Shown: positions 34,627-45,604 of the stretch, in pieces | Layout: every line of letters starts with the position of its first letter | Position numbering within the stretch: the stretch's first letter is position 1 | NCBI GenBank assembly: GCA_963810095.1 | Contig: CAWEMM010000007.1 | Span: 1-64,000 of the forward strand | Direction: 5' to 3' | Source of the DNA: an uncultured Chloroflexia bacterium | GTDB taxonomy: Bacteria > Chloroflexota > Anaerolineae > CG2-30-64-16 | Length of the DNA stretch: 64,000 bases | Position numbers and translations under genes: made by a program | Notes under the pieces: model-generated | Databases searched by the model: none | What the model was told of the DNA's origin: nothing | The model's input: only the letters and a program-made list of their open reading frames with translations

Positions 34627-35946
34627 TCACACTGCGACCCTCAGGTTGGCGAATCTCACCGTCGTAGGGCCCTGATATGCGCCGTAGAACCCGGTCTCGG
34701 CGCTCCAGCGGGCGCTGGCCAGCGCATCGAGATAATTGCCGATCAGCTGCCCGCCCTTGAAGGGAGTGCGCCTGGCTCCTTCAACGATGTATCCGAGCCG
34801 GATTTCGCACGCAAAGTCGCCGGTGATCTCGTCGGGATTGAACCAGGAGAAGGCCGCCACTTCCACGTGCGGCTCGGCCAGCAAGTCCGCGGCCAATTGC
34901 TCGCCCGGCGCCACCTCGATCGCGCCGAACTCGCCCGTCACGGGGACGTCCAAGTACGCGCCGTAGCGCTGGCTCGCGCTGAACGCCTGGAGCACGCTGT
35001 CCTGGATCAGCAGGAGGCGCTGGCCCGGGATTCCCTCGGCATCGAAGCGACTGGCGCCGACCCCGTAGGGCAACTGGCGGTTCGCCCAGATCGTGAGCGG
35101 CTCGCCGCGGGGTGCGCGGTCCAGGTCCGCTGCTTCAGCCTCGGGCAGCACGCTCTTGCCGACCTCCCACGTGCTCGCGCCGCCGAATTTCTGGCCTGCG
35201 GAGGCCAGTGTCTGGATGACGCCCGAATTCATGAACTCGGCCAGGACGGCGTCGCGCAGAACGACCGCACCCTGGTAGTTGGGCGGCGGGGCTGCGTCCA
35301 GCAGATCGCGGGTCCAGGCCGCGCGCCGGGACATTTCTCCGGCGAGGGGCAGATCCTGGAGCCGGCGGCGGGTCATCTCGACGAAGGTTTCTACCTCGCG
35401 ATCGTCCCCGTGCGCCACCAGCACCCATTCGGCGGCGACCGACGTGCCGGTTTGAACCGCGTCGATCCCGCGGCTGTTGCGCAGCCGGATGGTGGTCTCC
35501 TCGGCGAACAGTTCGGCAGCCGTCATGCGCACGCCGGGTTCGGCGCTTGCGGCACCGCGCAGTTGCTCGTAGGCGTCGGCGAGCGCGGCCTCCATGTCCC
35601 TGGCCAGGGCCGGGTCGCCCAGCGGCACGTCTGGGAGCGGCGCCGGGTCGGGCAGGCCGTAGGGGCGATTGTGGACTAGGCCGGCGCGCAGGACGGCTGC
35701 GTCGAGCGCGACGCCGATATCATCGCCGGGCAAGAGCGTGACGTTGCCGGCACCCACGGTCGCCTGTTCCCCCTGGGAGGTGTCGCGGAGCACGTCGACC
35801 ACGAAGCGCGCGTCTTGCGTGCCGCGCACGCACTCCACGCCGTGGGGCACACTGTACAACTGCGCCCCGCGCGTCGTCACCTGCCGCACCGTCCAGCCGA
35901 GCAGGTCGTCGCGGGCCTGAAGGGCAGCAATAATCGCCTCGAACAT
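34627..35946 (-). CDS. PmbA/TldE family protein
   Basis: ATGA-coupled start MFEAII; FDAEGIP and ITGDF motifs; no HExxxH. Confidence 0.8.
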   Translation of the reverse strand: MFEAIIAALQARDDLLGWTVRQVTTRGAQLYSVPHGVECVRGTQDARFVVDVLRDTSQGEQATVGAGNVTLLPGDDIGVALDAAVLRAGLVHNRPYGLPDPAPLPDVPLGDPALARDMEAALADAYEQLRGAASAEPGVRMTAAELFAEETTIRLRNSRGIDAVQTGTSVAAEWVLVAHGDDREVETFVEMTRRRLQDLPLAGEMSRRAAWTRDLLDAAPPPNYQGAVVLRDAVLAEFMNSGVIQTLASAGQKFGGASTWEVGKSVLPEAEAADLDRAPRGEPLTIWANRQLPYGVGASRFDAEGIPGQRLLLIQDSVLQAFSASQRYGAYLDVPVTGEFGAIEVAPGEQLAADLLAEPHVEVAAFSWFNPDEITGDFACEIRLGYIVEGARRTPFKGGQLIGNYLDALASARWSAETGFYGAYQGPTTVRFANLRVAV

Positions 35947-37340
35947 CACCCCAGCCTCGCTTTCATCAACAGGTGCGGACCGCCCGCAGCCACGCTGACA
36001 TACTCCTTGTGTCCCTTGCCGCAGCCGCCTGTGTCCAGCCCCCACTCGTTCCCGACCGCAGACACGCTGGCGAGCACGTCCGGCACGTAGCCGGTGATGC
36101 CGATAGGCGCGTACATCTTCTCGGTGACGCGGCCGTGCTTGATTTCGTGGCCGTAATGGCACGTGACCTGGATGCCCCACCCCTGCGGGTCTTCCATGCC
36201 CGACGACCACATTTCGAGATAGATGCCGTCCTCCACCTGCCCAATGATATCCTGAACGCTCGCTGTCCCCTTGGCGTGCGCCGTGTTGGTCATGCGGGCG
36301 TAGGCCTTGCGTGTGTAGTCCTGCCGGCGCCCGTTGGCCGAGCGGGGGATGCCTAACATCGTGGCGGAGTAGAGGTCGGTGATGCCGCGGCGGAAGACGC
36401 CGTTTTCGACGATCTGCGTCGGCCCGGCGAGCATGCCTTCATCGTCGAAGAAGTACGAGCCGAAGCCGCCCGGATAGGACGGGTCGTCCCAGATGTCGAC
36501 GAGGGGCGAACCGACGACCTTGTCGACGTACTGCGCCGCTTTTGCGCGCTCTTTGAGGAACATGTCCGTTTCCACGCCATGGCCGAACGACTCATGAACG
36601 AGCGTGCCCGTGACCCACGGCGACGAGACGACGGTATACTCGCCCGGCTCGATGCGTTCCGCGGTGAGCAACTCGACCGCAGTGCTCACGCAGCGCTCCA
36701 ACGCTTCGTCGCCGATCTCGAGCAGCTCCCAGCCGCCGGTGCCGCCGTGAAGCTGAAAGTTGTAGCGCACCCCCGCCTCGCCGCCGACGACGACCAGCAG
36801 GGACATGCGGGTGCGCTGGACCCGCTGCGCCAGGTCGGCGCTGCGGTTGGCAAAGACCGAGAGTTCGGTTGCCTCGCCGTAGTTGACGGCCGCGTTGACG
36901 ATCCTGGGATCGAGGCCGGCCAACCGGCGCTGGATGGCCCGGCAGCGGTCCAGCTTTTCCTGCGTCGACAAGGACGCCGGCGGCACCTTCATCTCGGTCA
37001 CGAAGTCGCCCCGGCGCTCGGGGCCCGGATCGATGGCCGGGCCCGGCTTCGTCGACAGGCGCCTGCTCAGCGCACGGCCCTCGCGTTCGACCGCGGCCGC
37101 GTCGAAGCCGCCGATGGCTGCCTCGTGTAAGGTTGTCCCGTCAAACAGGGTCAGCACCGTGCCCGCGGTGCGTGGCTGTTCCTCCACCCGCTCTTCGCGG
37201 CTGTCGACCCGGATGCCGAGGCCGCTGCGCTGGCTGAGGAGCGCGGCCGCGTACGGGGCCGTGCCCTCCAGCCCGGCGACGATCGCACCCAGTTGTGGCC
37301 GCAGGCGTTCCATCCCTGGCGCTAGCTCGAGTTCCGTCAC
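35946..37340 (-). CDS. tldD: TldD family metalloprotease
   Basis: HESFGH zinc motif, FDDEG, NGRRQ, RMTNT, CGKG. Confidence 0.88.
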   Translation of the reverse strand: MTELELAPGMERLRPQLGAIVAGLEGTAPYAAALLSQRSGLGIRVDSREERVEEQPRTAGTVLTLFDGTTLHEAAIGGFDAAAVEREGRALSRRLSTKPGPAIDPGPERRGDFVTEMKVPPASLSTQEKLDRCRAIQRRLAGLDPRIVNAAVNYGEATELSVFANRSADLAQRVQRTRMSLLVVVGGEAGVRYNFQLHGGTGGWELLEIGDEALERCVSTAVELLTAERIEPGEYTVVSSPWVTGTLVHESFGHGVETDMFLKERAKAAQYVDKVVGSPLVDIWDDPSYPGGFGSYFFDDEGMLAGPTQIVENGVFRRGITDLYSATMLGIPRSANGRRQDYTRKAYARMTNTAHAKGTASVQDIIGQVEDGIYLEMWSSGMEDPQGWGIQVTCHYGHEIKHGRVTEKMYAPIGITGYVPDVLASVSAVGNEWGLDTGGCGKGHKEYVSVAAGGPHLLMKARLG

Positions 37341-37492
37341 CCTAACCTCCTCTCAGTACGAAGACGCAGTAGTGGAAGCATTGTAGCACGAGTGAGCCGC
37401 GGGTGGTGAGCCGGGTTGTGCCGAGGGAGAGAGAACGGGGCCTGGCATGGAGGAGCCGCGGCATTCGTGTGTTGCCGCGGCTCCCGGGAGCG

Positions 37493-38623
37493 TTACTTTA
37501 CCGTCGCGCTCGAGATCATGCCCAGCATGTAGTGCGGCTTGCCGCCGTTCTTCGGGCTGGGGATGAAGCAGACGATCGCATAGTCGCCCGGCGTCAGGTC
37601 CGCAGTCGTGTAGGCGGAAGCCCCGGGCGAGAGAACCATGCCAAACACGGGCGTCGCGGGAATGTTCTGCTGCTCTTGCCCGTTCGACTGCATCAGAAGC
37701 TTCTGGAACTGCTCGAACGTGGTGCCCGGCTTCAATTGCACCACCTGCGCCTCGTGCATCTCCGTGCCGCTGTTGCTCAGCAGGAGCGTCTGGCTGCCCG
37801 ACTTAAGCGTTCCGGTCATCTCGAAGTGATAGTCGACCATGTTGATCGTCACGTCAGGCTTCGGCAGTTGCACCGAGCTCGCCGCCGGCGCGGTGCCACT
37901 CACCGTGATCATCTTCAGCATGCCCTTCGCCGCATCGGGCCCGCCCTGGGGGTTGTCGCCGAACGAGAGCATCACGTAGTTGCCCGGCGTCAGGTTCACG
38001 ATGTAGGAAGACTTCGCGCCCGCCGCCGCGGTCGTGCTGCCCATGGACTGGGCCCAGTCGGGCGGGCCGTTCGCCGCCAGCGCCTGCGTCACGTCTTCGA
38101 GCGTCTTGCCCGCCGCGACCTTGTACAGCATGATGTCATGCTTCTCTTTGCCCTGGTTGTCCAGGGTCAACCGCGTCCAGCCGGCCGGCAACTGGTCGGG
38201 ACCGCTGTAGCTGTACTCGACCGCGGTGTAGGTGGCGTTCGACAGGCCGTCCGAGCCGATTGTTGCGGCATTGGCGCCCGCACCCGAAGCATCCGGCGAG
38301 GTCGTCCCGCTCGCGGACGGCGTCGAGTTGCTGCCGCTTGTCGTCGTCGTTGCGCCGGATGCAGGCCCAGCGGATGTCGCGGCGGGCTGTGCGGCGGTGG
38401 CATCGAGCGCCAGGGTGGCGGTCGCGACGGGCGAACTCCCAACGCCGGACGCGACAGTCGACGTCGCCCCGGCGGTCGCCGAGGCTGCGGTGCTACCTGG
38501 CGACACGCCAGGCGTCGATGCGCTCGGCGCGGCGGCGCCATTGGCAGCGCAGGCGCTGAGCGCCAACGCGAGGACAAGCAGGAGCGCGCCCGCGATGAGC
38601 GGGCGGCGATATGACTGGTGCAT
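37493..38623 (-). CDS. Lipoprotein with two cupredoxin-like domains
   Basis: Lipobox LSAC; Ser/Thr/Ala linker; C-terminal domain has MHE...CFIP...HYMLGM type-1 Cu ligands. Confidence 0.75.
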   Translation of the reverse strand: MHQSYRRPLIAGALLLVLALALSACAANGAAAPSASTPGVSPGSTAASATAGATSTVASGVGSSPVATATLALDATAAQPAATSAGPASGATTTTSGSNSTPSASGTTSPDASGAGANAATIGSDGLSNATYTAVEYSYSGPDQLPAGWTRLTLDNQGKEKHDIMLYKVAAGKTLEDVTQALAANGPPDWAQSMGSTTAAAGAKSSYIVNLTPGNYVMLSFGDNPQGGPDAAKGMLKMITVSGTAPAASSVQLPKPDVTINMVDYHFEMTGTLKSGSQTLLLSNSGTEMHEAQVVQLKPGTTFEQFQKLLMQSNGQEQQNIPATPVFGMVLSPGASAYTTADLTPGDYAIVCFIPSPKNGGKPHYMLGMISSATVK

Positions 38624-38773
38624 TCCCTTCTCTCCTTTTGATTCAGATTAGCCCGAGGACCAAAAGTGGAGCCGGTTCCGGACGCCCGAGTTTAGTCCGC
38701 GATGATGCAGAGCCATAGTGTTGACATTACAATTTGACTATTTGCGCCATGACCTCCTCGAGGTTGGGCCGGT

Positions 38774-38808
38774 CGACAAGCCCTCGTGTTGCGAGGGCTT
38801 GTCGTTTT
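38774..38808. terminator. Terminator-like hairpin downstream of the ABC genes
   Basis: cgacaagccctcg-N5-cgagggcttgtcg followed by tttt. Confidence 0.6.
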
Positions 38809-38833
38809 CTGCGCCCGGCTGCCGGCCAGACTC

Positions 38834-40699
38834 CTACTTCTCCGCTTCGTCCCCCTCCCACAGCCTCCGCAACTCGGCGCTGGTCTGCAGGAGCTCGTCC
38901 AGCGTCCCCTGCGCCTCGATGTGGCCGTCTTGCAGGACGATGACGTGGTCGGCCCGCCGCAGCGCGGCCCGGCGGTGCGAGACGGCCAGCACCGTCGCGC
39001 CGCCGGCCTCATTCGCCAGCCGGTTCCAAAGCGCCTGCTCGGTTTCTACGTCGAGCGCGCTAGAGAGATCGTCGAAAACCAGCAGGGCCGGCCTGCGGAC
39101 GAACATGCGCGCGGCCGCCGAGCGCTGCACCTGCCCGCCCGACAGGCGGACGCCGCGCGGGCCGACGAGCGTGTCCAGCCCCTTTTCGAGCTGGGCCACG
39201 TCCGGCTCCAGCACCGCCTGGCGGACCGCGGCCGCCAGCGCATCTGGTCCCGCGTGGGCGCCTTGCATGATGTTCTCGGCCAGCGTGTCGCTGAAAAGGC
39301 GGGGCGTCTGGGGTGTATACGCGCTGACGGGCGGGCGGAAGAACCCGGCCCGGTCCACGATGCGTTCTCCGTTCCAGCACACCTCGCCCGACTGGCTCGG
39401 GAGCAGGCCGAAGATCGCGCGCAGCAGCGTGCTCTTGCCCGAACCGATCTGTCCCGTGACGACCGTGAAGCTCCCGGCCGCCATCGTGAAGCTGGCGCCG
39501 GCGATCCCCCGACCTGAGTCGCCGTGGAGCGAGGTCAGCTCGCGCACGCTCAGCTCGGCAAGCGCTTCGGCCGGCTTTGCTCTCCCTGCGGGCTCCAGGG
39601 CAACAGCTGCTGCCCGGGCCTCCAGCGCCCGCGCAAACAGCCACCCCGAGCGCTCCTGGTAGGGGAAGGCGGGGTGGTGCTCGACGATCGCGGCCGCCGG
39701 TTCACCTGGGACGAGTTCCGCGAGGCGCCCGATCGCCACTTCCTGCTGCTTGTAGTCGCCCACGAAGCTCCCGAGGTACGACGGAAGCTCGGACGTGAAC
39801 CAGAGGAAGTAGGTGAAGAGCGCGAAGTCGCCGACCGTGAAGCTGCCCGTGACCATGCCCCGGCTCGCCATCAGCAGCATGGCGCCGGTGCTAACGACTA
39901 CGGCGATGCTGTGGATCGAGTAGACGAACGTCCCCAGCATCTGCGATTGCACGGCGGTGCGCTGACGCTCGTCGTTAAGCCGTTCGAAGTGGCGCACCGC
40001 ATGTCGCTCCGCCGCGCTGCCCGCCACCTTGAGCGCCTGGACCGCGCCGAACATCTCCGACAGGAAGCCGGTGACCCGGTCGCCCGCCTCGCCTTCGAGC
40101 TTGTGATACAGCAGCATCCGGCTCCAGGCCGCCCGGCCCACCGCGTACGCGACCACGACGGGCAGGAACGCGACGAGCGTAATCTGCCAGTTGATCGTCG
40201 CCATGATCGTGATCGCAGCGACAAAAGAGACCAGGTTGCCGGCAACGTCCGGCAGCCAGGTCGGGAAGTCGCAGACTTCGCCGACGTCGTTCCGGTAGCG
40301 GTACACGGCTTCACCCGGTGCGATCGGGTGCGATAGCGCGCCGGGCCGCCGCAGCAGCGCGGCGAACAGGTTGCGCCGCACCAGCGCGCCCGCCGTTTCG
40401 CGGAAAGTCCAGCCTGCGTACGTTTCCCAGTAGGAGGAAACGACCCGTGCGAGCCCGATGCCGATGTAGGCGGCGATCAACGCCCACAGGCTGACGGTGA
40501 CCTGAGCCTGGCCCGTGATCGTGTCAAACACCGCCTTTTCCACCAGGCCCGGCAGCACGCGCGAGCCGAGGAAGAAGATCTGCAGAACGGCGTGGATGGC
40601 GAACGGCCGGGACGCATAGGCGATCAGCGCCCGGTTGAAGGCCATCACGCTCATAGTCCTGCCGGCCGGCGTCGAAACAGGCGCTGTCACATCGTTCAT
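38834..40699 (-). CDS. ABC exporter (TMD+NBD), heterodimer subunit 2
   Basis: [17 protein letters not shown] (degenerate Walker B), SHR. Confidence 0.9.
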   Translation of the reverse strand: MNDVTAPVSTPAGRTMSVMAFNRALIAYASRPFAIHAVLQIFFLGSRVLPGLVEKAVFDTITGQAQVTVSLWALIAAYIGIGLARVVSSYWETYAGWTFRETAGALVRRNLFAALLRRPGALSHPIAPGEAVYRYRNDVGEVCDFPTWLPDVAGNLVSFVAAITIMATINWQITLVAFLPVVVAYAVGRAAWSRMLLYHKLEGEAGDRVTGFLSEMFGAVQALKVAGSAAERHAVRHFERLNDERQRTAVQSQMLGTFVYSIHSIAVVVSTGAMLLMASRGMVTGSFTVGDFALFTYFLWFTSELPSYLGSFVGDYKQQEVAIGRLAELVPGEPAAAIVEHHPAFPYQERSGWLFARALEARAAAVALEPAGRAKPAEALAELSVRELTSLHGDSGRGIAGASFTMAAGSFTVVTGQIGSGKSTLLRAIFGLLPSQSGEVCWNGERIVDRAGFFRPPVSAYTPQTPRLFSDTLAENIMQGAHAGPDALAAAVRQAVLEPDVAQLEKGLDTLVGPRGVRLSGGQVQRSAAARMFVRRPALLVFDDLSSALDVETEQALWNRLANEAGGATVLAVSHRRAALRRADHVIVLQDGHIEAQGTLDELLQTSAELRRLWEGDEAEK

Positions 40700-42502
40700 T
40701 GCAGCGCCTCCTCGAGGCCAGTGCGCAGCAGCGCGCTGAACCGCGAGCCCGGATCTGCGGCCAGCTCCGCACGCGGCCCGAATTCCACTACCCGGCCGCG
40801 CTCCAGGATCAGGATGTCGTCGGCCCGGTCGACCGTGTGCAGGCGGTGCGCGATGACGAGCGCGGTCCGCCGCGCCCCGTTGTTGCCCAGCAGTCGATCG
40901 ATGGCGCCGTCGAGCCGGCGCTCGGTGATCGGGTCAAGTCGGGACGCGGCCTCATCCAGCACCACCAGTCCCGGGTTACGCAGGAGGATACGCGCGAAGG
41001 CCAGCAGCTGAGCTTCGCCCGCCGACATTCCCGCGCCGCCCGGCGCGAGGCGGGTTGCCAGTCCATCCGGCATTGCCCGCACCCAGTCGAGGATGCCCAG
41101 GCTGGCCAGGGCCGCTTCGATGTCGGCGTCGGCAACCTCGTCGTCGAACAGCGTGATGTTGTCGCGCACGGTCGCGCCGAAAAGCTGCACGTCCTGCGTC
41201 ACCAGCCCCACCGCAGACCGGAGCGCGTCGAAGGACAGGTCGCGCAGGTCGATCCCGTCGAGCCGGATCGCGCCCGAGGCCGGGTCGTAGAGCCGGAACA
41301 GCAGCCGGGTGAGCGTGGTCTTGCCGCTGCCCGTCCGGCCTAGGATGCCCAACACCCGGCCCGGCGCCAGCGGGAAGGAGACGTCGGCCAGCACCAACTC
41401 CGCGGTCGCCGCGCCATCTTCAGCGTTGTCGGCATACCGGAAGCTCACGCGTTCGAACTCGAGGCGGAGGGGGCCGCGTCCGACTTCTAGCTTGCCTTCG
41501 TTGGGGACGGCGGGCGCCTGGGCCAGAAGGTCGCCCACGCGGTTGATGCCCGCGCTGGCCTCCTGGAACCGCTCCGCCTGCCCGCGGATTTCCTCCAGCG
41601 GCGACGACAGCATCCCGATGTACGAGACGATCAGGAAGGTTGTGCCGATGCTGACCTGGCCCTGCAGGTACAGCGCCGCGCCGATCGCCAGGCCCAGGCC
41701 ATAGCCGGCGATGAAGAGGAAGTTGGTGAGCGCGCTGCCGAGCGCGCCCGCCATCCAGCCCGCCCGCGCCTTGTGGAACACGGTCAGCGCGAGCTGGGCC
41801 AGCCGGTGCTGTGCATGGGCCTCCGCGCCGATGCCCCGGATGTCCTCCAAGCCGGAGAAACGTTCCTCGAGGAAGCCCGTTTGCGCGGCCCAAGCCACCC
41901 GCGCCACCGTCCACGCCCGCACGCCGATCCGGTTTACAAACGCCAGCGCGGCGACAACCAGCAGGACGTACACGGTGACCGCCGCTCCCGCCCGCGTTCT
42001 CGCGGTAAAGGAAGCCGAGAATGGCGACCACGAGGAGCGCGTTGCCGGCCACCCGCACAACCATCTGCCCGAAGAACTCGGCCATCGTGGTCACGTCGCC
42101 GTCGACCCGCTCGATCAGCTCGCCCGGCGTGTGCGTCTTGTGAAAGGGCATGTCTAGGCGGAGCAAGTGGCCCGCCAGGTCGCCGCGCAGCCGGTTCGTG
42201 GCGTCCCAGCCCAGATTCAGCCCGGCATACGAGCCGCCCAGGTTGACCGCGCGGCCGAGCAGGCCGACCAACAGGAACAGCAGCGCAGCGCCGGTCAGCG
42301 TGCGCATCGATTCGCCAGCGGCCCCCGGGCTGGCGGCTTGGGCCGTGTCGATGAAGATCCTAACGATCTGCGGATTGAGCAGCCGCAGGGCAATGTCGAA
42401 GCCGATCAGCGCGGCGAGCATCACGATGCGCCGGCGATGCGGTGCAAGATAACGGCCGAGCAAGCGGCGTTGAAGCGGCAAGCCGGCGAGTGGAACGTGC
42501 AT
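40696..42502 (-). CDS. ABC exporter (TMD+NBD), heterodimer subunit 1; frameshift near 41990
   Basis: N-terminal TMD in ORF 41420..42502; [18 protein letters not shown] and AHRL in ORF 40696..42060. Confidence 0.88.
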
Positions 42503-42529
42503 ACGTCACTCCAGGACTCGTAAAACCAA

Positions 42530-42569
42530 AGTTAAATCAAAAGCCACGGGCAGGACGATCGCCCGTGGC
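42530..42569 (-). terminator. Attenuator-type terminator upstream of the ABC genes
   Basis: gccacgggc-N9-gcccgtggc followed by TTTTGATTT on the minus strand, about 30 nt before the ATG. Confidence 0.75.
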
Positions 42570-42679
42570 CGCGGCGCAGAACGAAGAAGCGGCTCAAGCC
42601 GTCACACGGGAGGATTCCCGCGTGTCGCCTTCAGCCGTCCCCGCCCGCGCAGGAACAGACCGCGAATTGGCGCATCCCG

Positions 42680-42742
42680 CTACGGACGCGCAAGGACCTC
42701 CGTGGAGACCTTGCGGGATTCTGTTGGACGAGATGCTGTCAT
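42680..42742 (-). CDS. Putative leader peptide MTASRPTESRKVSTEVLARP
   Basis: AGGAG RBS 7 nt before ATG; lies between the promoter and the terminator. Confidence 0.45.
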   Translation of the reverse strand: MTASRPTESRKVSTEVLARP

Positions 42743-42797
42743 TTCTGTTCTCCTGGAGTTCGTATCGTATTTGCACGGCTATTGCCCGTGCAGTCGA

Positions 42798-42827
42798 AGT
42801 ATAGCGGAAAGAATTGTGAGCCGTCAA
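42798..42827 (-). promoter_or_regulatory. sigma70 promoter of the ABC operon leader
   Basis: TTGACG-18bp-TATACT. Confidence 0.6.
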
Positions 42828-43324
42828 GTCGCTCGATCGGCGCCGGTTGGTTGGGCCAGGAAGTCCCATGCGAGCCCCGCGCCGAGAAAGACGATGACAG
42901 TGAAGAGCAGGCCCTCGATTTGGAGCGGCTTGACGGCGGGACCGAAGACCGTGCTGAAGTTGGGCACGAACGCAATCAAGACCACGACGGCATAGAGCAG
43001 CACGGACAACCAGCGTCCATAACGCGTAAACCAGCCGGCCGAGGTGTTAGCGCCGGAGGTGGCCAGGATGAGGAACACGGCTGCCACGATGCCCAACAGG
43101 CCGGCGACGATGAACACCAGCCGCCAGATGATCTTGATATCGCCGGCGGTTTGTGCGCCGAGGCTCATCACGCCGGGCACGAGGAAGGCCAGGTTGACGC
43201 TGTACGCCATGCGGCGCTTCGGCAGGTCGTTCACCCAGTCGCTGTGCCGCAGCTGCAGCACCCCCCACCAGAGGCCGAGCAGCGTGAAGGAGAAGGTGGC
43301 CACGGTCTGATAGAAGGCTTCCAT
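42824..43324 (-). CDS. Hypothetical integral membrane protein
   Basis: AGGAG RBS; about five hydrophobic helices. Confidence 0.8.
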   Translation of the reverse strand: MEAFYQTVATFSFTLLGLWWGVLQLRHSDWVNDLPKRRMAYSVNLAFLVPGVMSLGAQTAGDIKIIWRLVFIVAGLLGIVAAVFLILATSGANTSAGWFTRYGRWLSVLLYAVVVLIAFVPNFSTVFGPAVKPLQIEGLLFTVIVFLGAGLAWDFLAQPTGADRAT

Positions 43325-43362
43325 GTCTGCTCCTGAGTACCCGCTGGCAGGGATGGTGAATA

Positions 43363-43463
43363 GAACGCAGATGACGCAGATGGAAGGGATCAGCAGGATC
43401 TGTGAAGGGCCAACGGTCTACTCTGCCAATCGGCGGAACATCTGCGTCATCTGCGCCCTATTC
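43363..43463. repeat. REP-like element, family D
   Basis: cgcagatgacgcagatg...catctgcgtcatctgcg inverted arms. Confidence 0.7.
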
Positions 43464-43467
43464 GTTG

Positions 43468-44364
43468 TTACGCGCGGCCGAACATCCCGCGCATGACGTC
43501 TTCGACCGGGGTAGGCGGAACGCCGAACGTCTCGCTCAGGCGCTCCATCTCGATGATGCTTTCGTATTGCTCGCCGGCAATCATGATCTGATCGACGCCG
43601 GGCGGCAGGAACGGAACCGGTTCGCCGGGCTGGACCATGTTCACCTGGAGCGGCTGGCCCAGCACTTGGCCGGCCTTCGCGACGACGTCCTGCCACGACA
43701 GCGCCTCGGGCCCCGCGACGGGGATGCGCTTGTCAACGGCGGCCGGGTTGTCGACGGCGGCCACGGCGTACGCGGCGACATCGCGCATCGAGACAAAGGT
43801 GTGGCGGTGGATGGCTGGCGCGATCAAGGTGACGGGTGCGCGCTGAGAAAGCGGCCCGCCGACGACCATACCGATCCAGACTTCGGCGAAGATCTCGGCC
43901 GCAAGAATGGTGTAGTGCATGCCGCTGTTGATCAGGTATTCTTCCGTCTGGCCCTTCCCGGCGAAGAAGGGATTGGGGCTGTTGGGATCGTAGGCGAGGA
44001 TGGACACGAAGATGAGGTGATCGACGCCCGCGGCCTTCGCCGCGTCGATCAGGTTCCGGTTGCCCTGCATCTCAATTGTATAGGGGTTGTCGTCGCCTCC
44101 ACGGAGCGCGGAGTTCGCAGTGGTGATGATCGTCTGCACGCCCGCGACCGCCGCGTCCAACGACGCGCGGTCCTTCAAGTCGCCATAGACCGCTTCCGCT
44201 CCCGCATCCAACAAGGCGCGCGGGCTGACGGCCATGCCCTGTTTCGCCATCTCTTCGGCCGGCGAATTGCGCCGCAGCAGCACCCGCACCGGCTTCCCTT
44301 GCGCCCTCAGCCGCAAGGCAATGTCGCCCCCCAGCATTCCGGTCGCTCCGACGACGAGGATCAT
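43468..44364 (-). CDS. NmrA-like / atypical SDR NAD(P)-binding oxidoreductase
   Basis: ILVVGATGMLG, GDL, NLIDAAKAAGV, GPEALSW. Confidence 0.88.
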   Translation of the reverse strand: MILVVGATGMLGGDIALRLRAQGKPVRVLLRRNSPAEEMAKQGMAVSPRALLDAGAEAVYGDLKDRASLDAAVAGVQTIITTANSALRGGDDNPYTIEMQGNRNLIDAAKAAGVDHLIFVSILAYDPNSPNPFFAGKGQTEEYLINSGMHYTILAAEIFAEVWIGMVVGGPLSQRAPVTLIAPAIHRHTFVSMRDVAAYAVAAVDNPAAVDKRIPVAGPEALSWQDVVAKAGQVLGQPLQVNMVQPGEPVPFLPPGVDQIMIAGEQYESIIEMERLSETFGVPPTPVEDVMRGMFGRA

Positions 44365-44461
44365 GGTTCAACTCCTTTCTTTGTCTTCCATGTGACTCTG
44401 TCTGATTAACGTCCGGATTCGCCTTTTCGCGGCCTATTGTATCATGCTCGTGCAAGCCCCG

Positions 44462-45604
44462 TTACGTCCGTGTGGCTTCGCGCCTTCGCCGGTCTCGCTC
44501 GCGGCGCCGGTCCGAGATGGAAGTCGCGGGGCCGTTCCGCAGCACGTTGATCACTTCCGCCATAATGCAGACGGCAATCTCTGCCGGGGTTCGCGCACCG
44601 ATGGCAATGCCGATGGGCGCGTAGACCCGGTCCAGCTTTTCCGCGGCGATGCCCATCTCCTCCGTCAGCAGTTGGAATACGGCGTCGACCCGGCGCTGCG
44701 AGCCGATCATGCCGATATACCCGACCGGACGGTCCAGCACCTCGAGCAGGCATTCGACGTCGTGGCTGTGGCCGCGCGTCACGAGGATAATGTACGTGTC
44801 CTGGTCCATGGGGAGGCCGGCGACGGTCTCACGCAGCGGGCCGGCGATGCGTTTGGCGGCGGTGGGGAAGCGTTCCTCGCTGACAAAGCCCGGCCGGTCG
44901 TCGAGCACGCTGACTGCGAAATCGCACATGCTGGCCAGTTGTGCCAGGGGCAGGGCAATGTGGCCACCCCCGACGATCAGCAGCTCCGGCGCGCGGCGTT
45001 GCACCTCCACAAACACGCTGAAGTCGTCGTACTTGAGCAGCTTGTGCTGCCGGCCCCGCAGAACCGTGCGCGCGTCTTCGACCACCTGCGGCTCGCGCTC
45101 GCCCAGCGCCAGCACGCCGAGCGGCGCGCGGTCGAGCCAGATGACTGCCTGCTGACCGGCATGCTCGCCGCGCACGACCGTCGCGAGCGCCACCGGCACC
45201 CGGTTTTGCATGGACTCGCGCAGCGCATCCAAGAAACCGGGTCCTGCCGGCCGGTTGGGTTCCGCGGGGACGACCGGTGGGTTAAGATCCGCGGGTGCGG
45301 CTCGCTCGATGAAGACGTCCATAATGCCGCCACAAACGCCGAGCGCCTGCATGGTGATGTCTTCCGTCAGGTCGACATGCACCGTGGCAGGTTCCCCCGT
45401 CTGGAGCACGTCGAGGGCGGTGCGGATGACGTCCCCTTCGCCGCAGCCCCCACCCACCGTGCCGACGTGCTTGCCGAGCGGGTGAATGAGCATCTTCGCC
45501 CCTACCTCCCGCGGCACAGAGCCCCGGACGTCGATGATCGTGGCAACTGCGACGGTGTCGCCTGCCGCCAGCAGCCTCGCTAACTCAGCGTAAATGTTCT
45601 CCAT
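44462..45604 (-). CDS. xdhC: XdhC/CoxI molybdoenzyme maturation factor
   Basis: GSVPREVGAKM, GTVGGGCGE, CGGIMDVFIE, YIGMIGS, APIGIAIGARTPAEIA. Confidence 0.9.
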   Translation of the reverse strand: MENIYAELARLLAAGDTVAVATIIDVRGSVPREVGAKMLIHPLGKHVGTVGGGCGEGDVIRTALDVLQTGEPATVHVDLTEDITMQALGVCGGIMDVFIERAAPADLNPPVVPAEPNRPAGPGFLDALRESMQNRVPVALATVVRGEHAGQQAVIWLDRAPLGVLALGEREPQVVEDARTVLRGRQHKLLKYDDFSVFVEVQRRAPELLIVGGGHIALPLAQLASMCDFAVSVLDDRPGFVSEERFPTAAKRIAGPLRETVAGLPMDQDTYIILVTRGHSHDVECLLEVLDRPVGYIGMIGSQRRVDAVFQLLTEEMGIAAEKLDRVYAPIGIAIGARTPAEIAVCIMAEVINVLRNGPATSISDRRRERDRRRREATRT

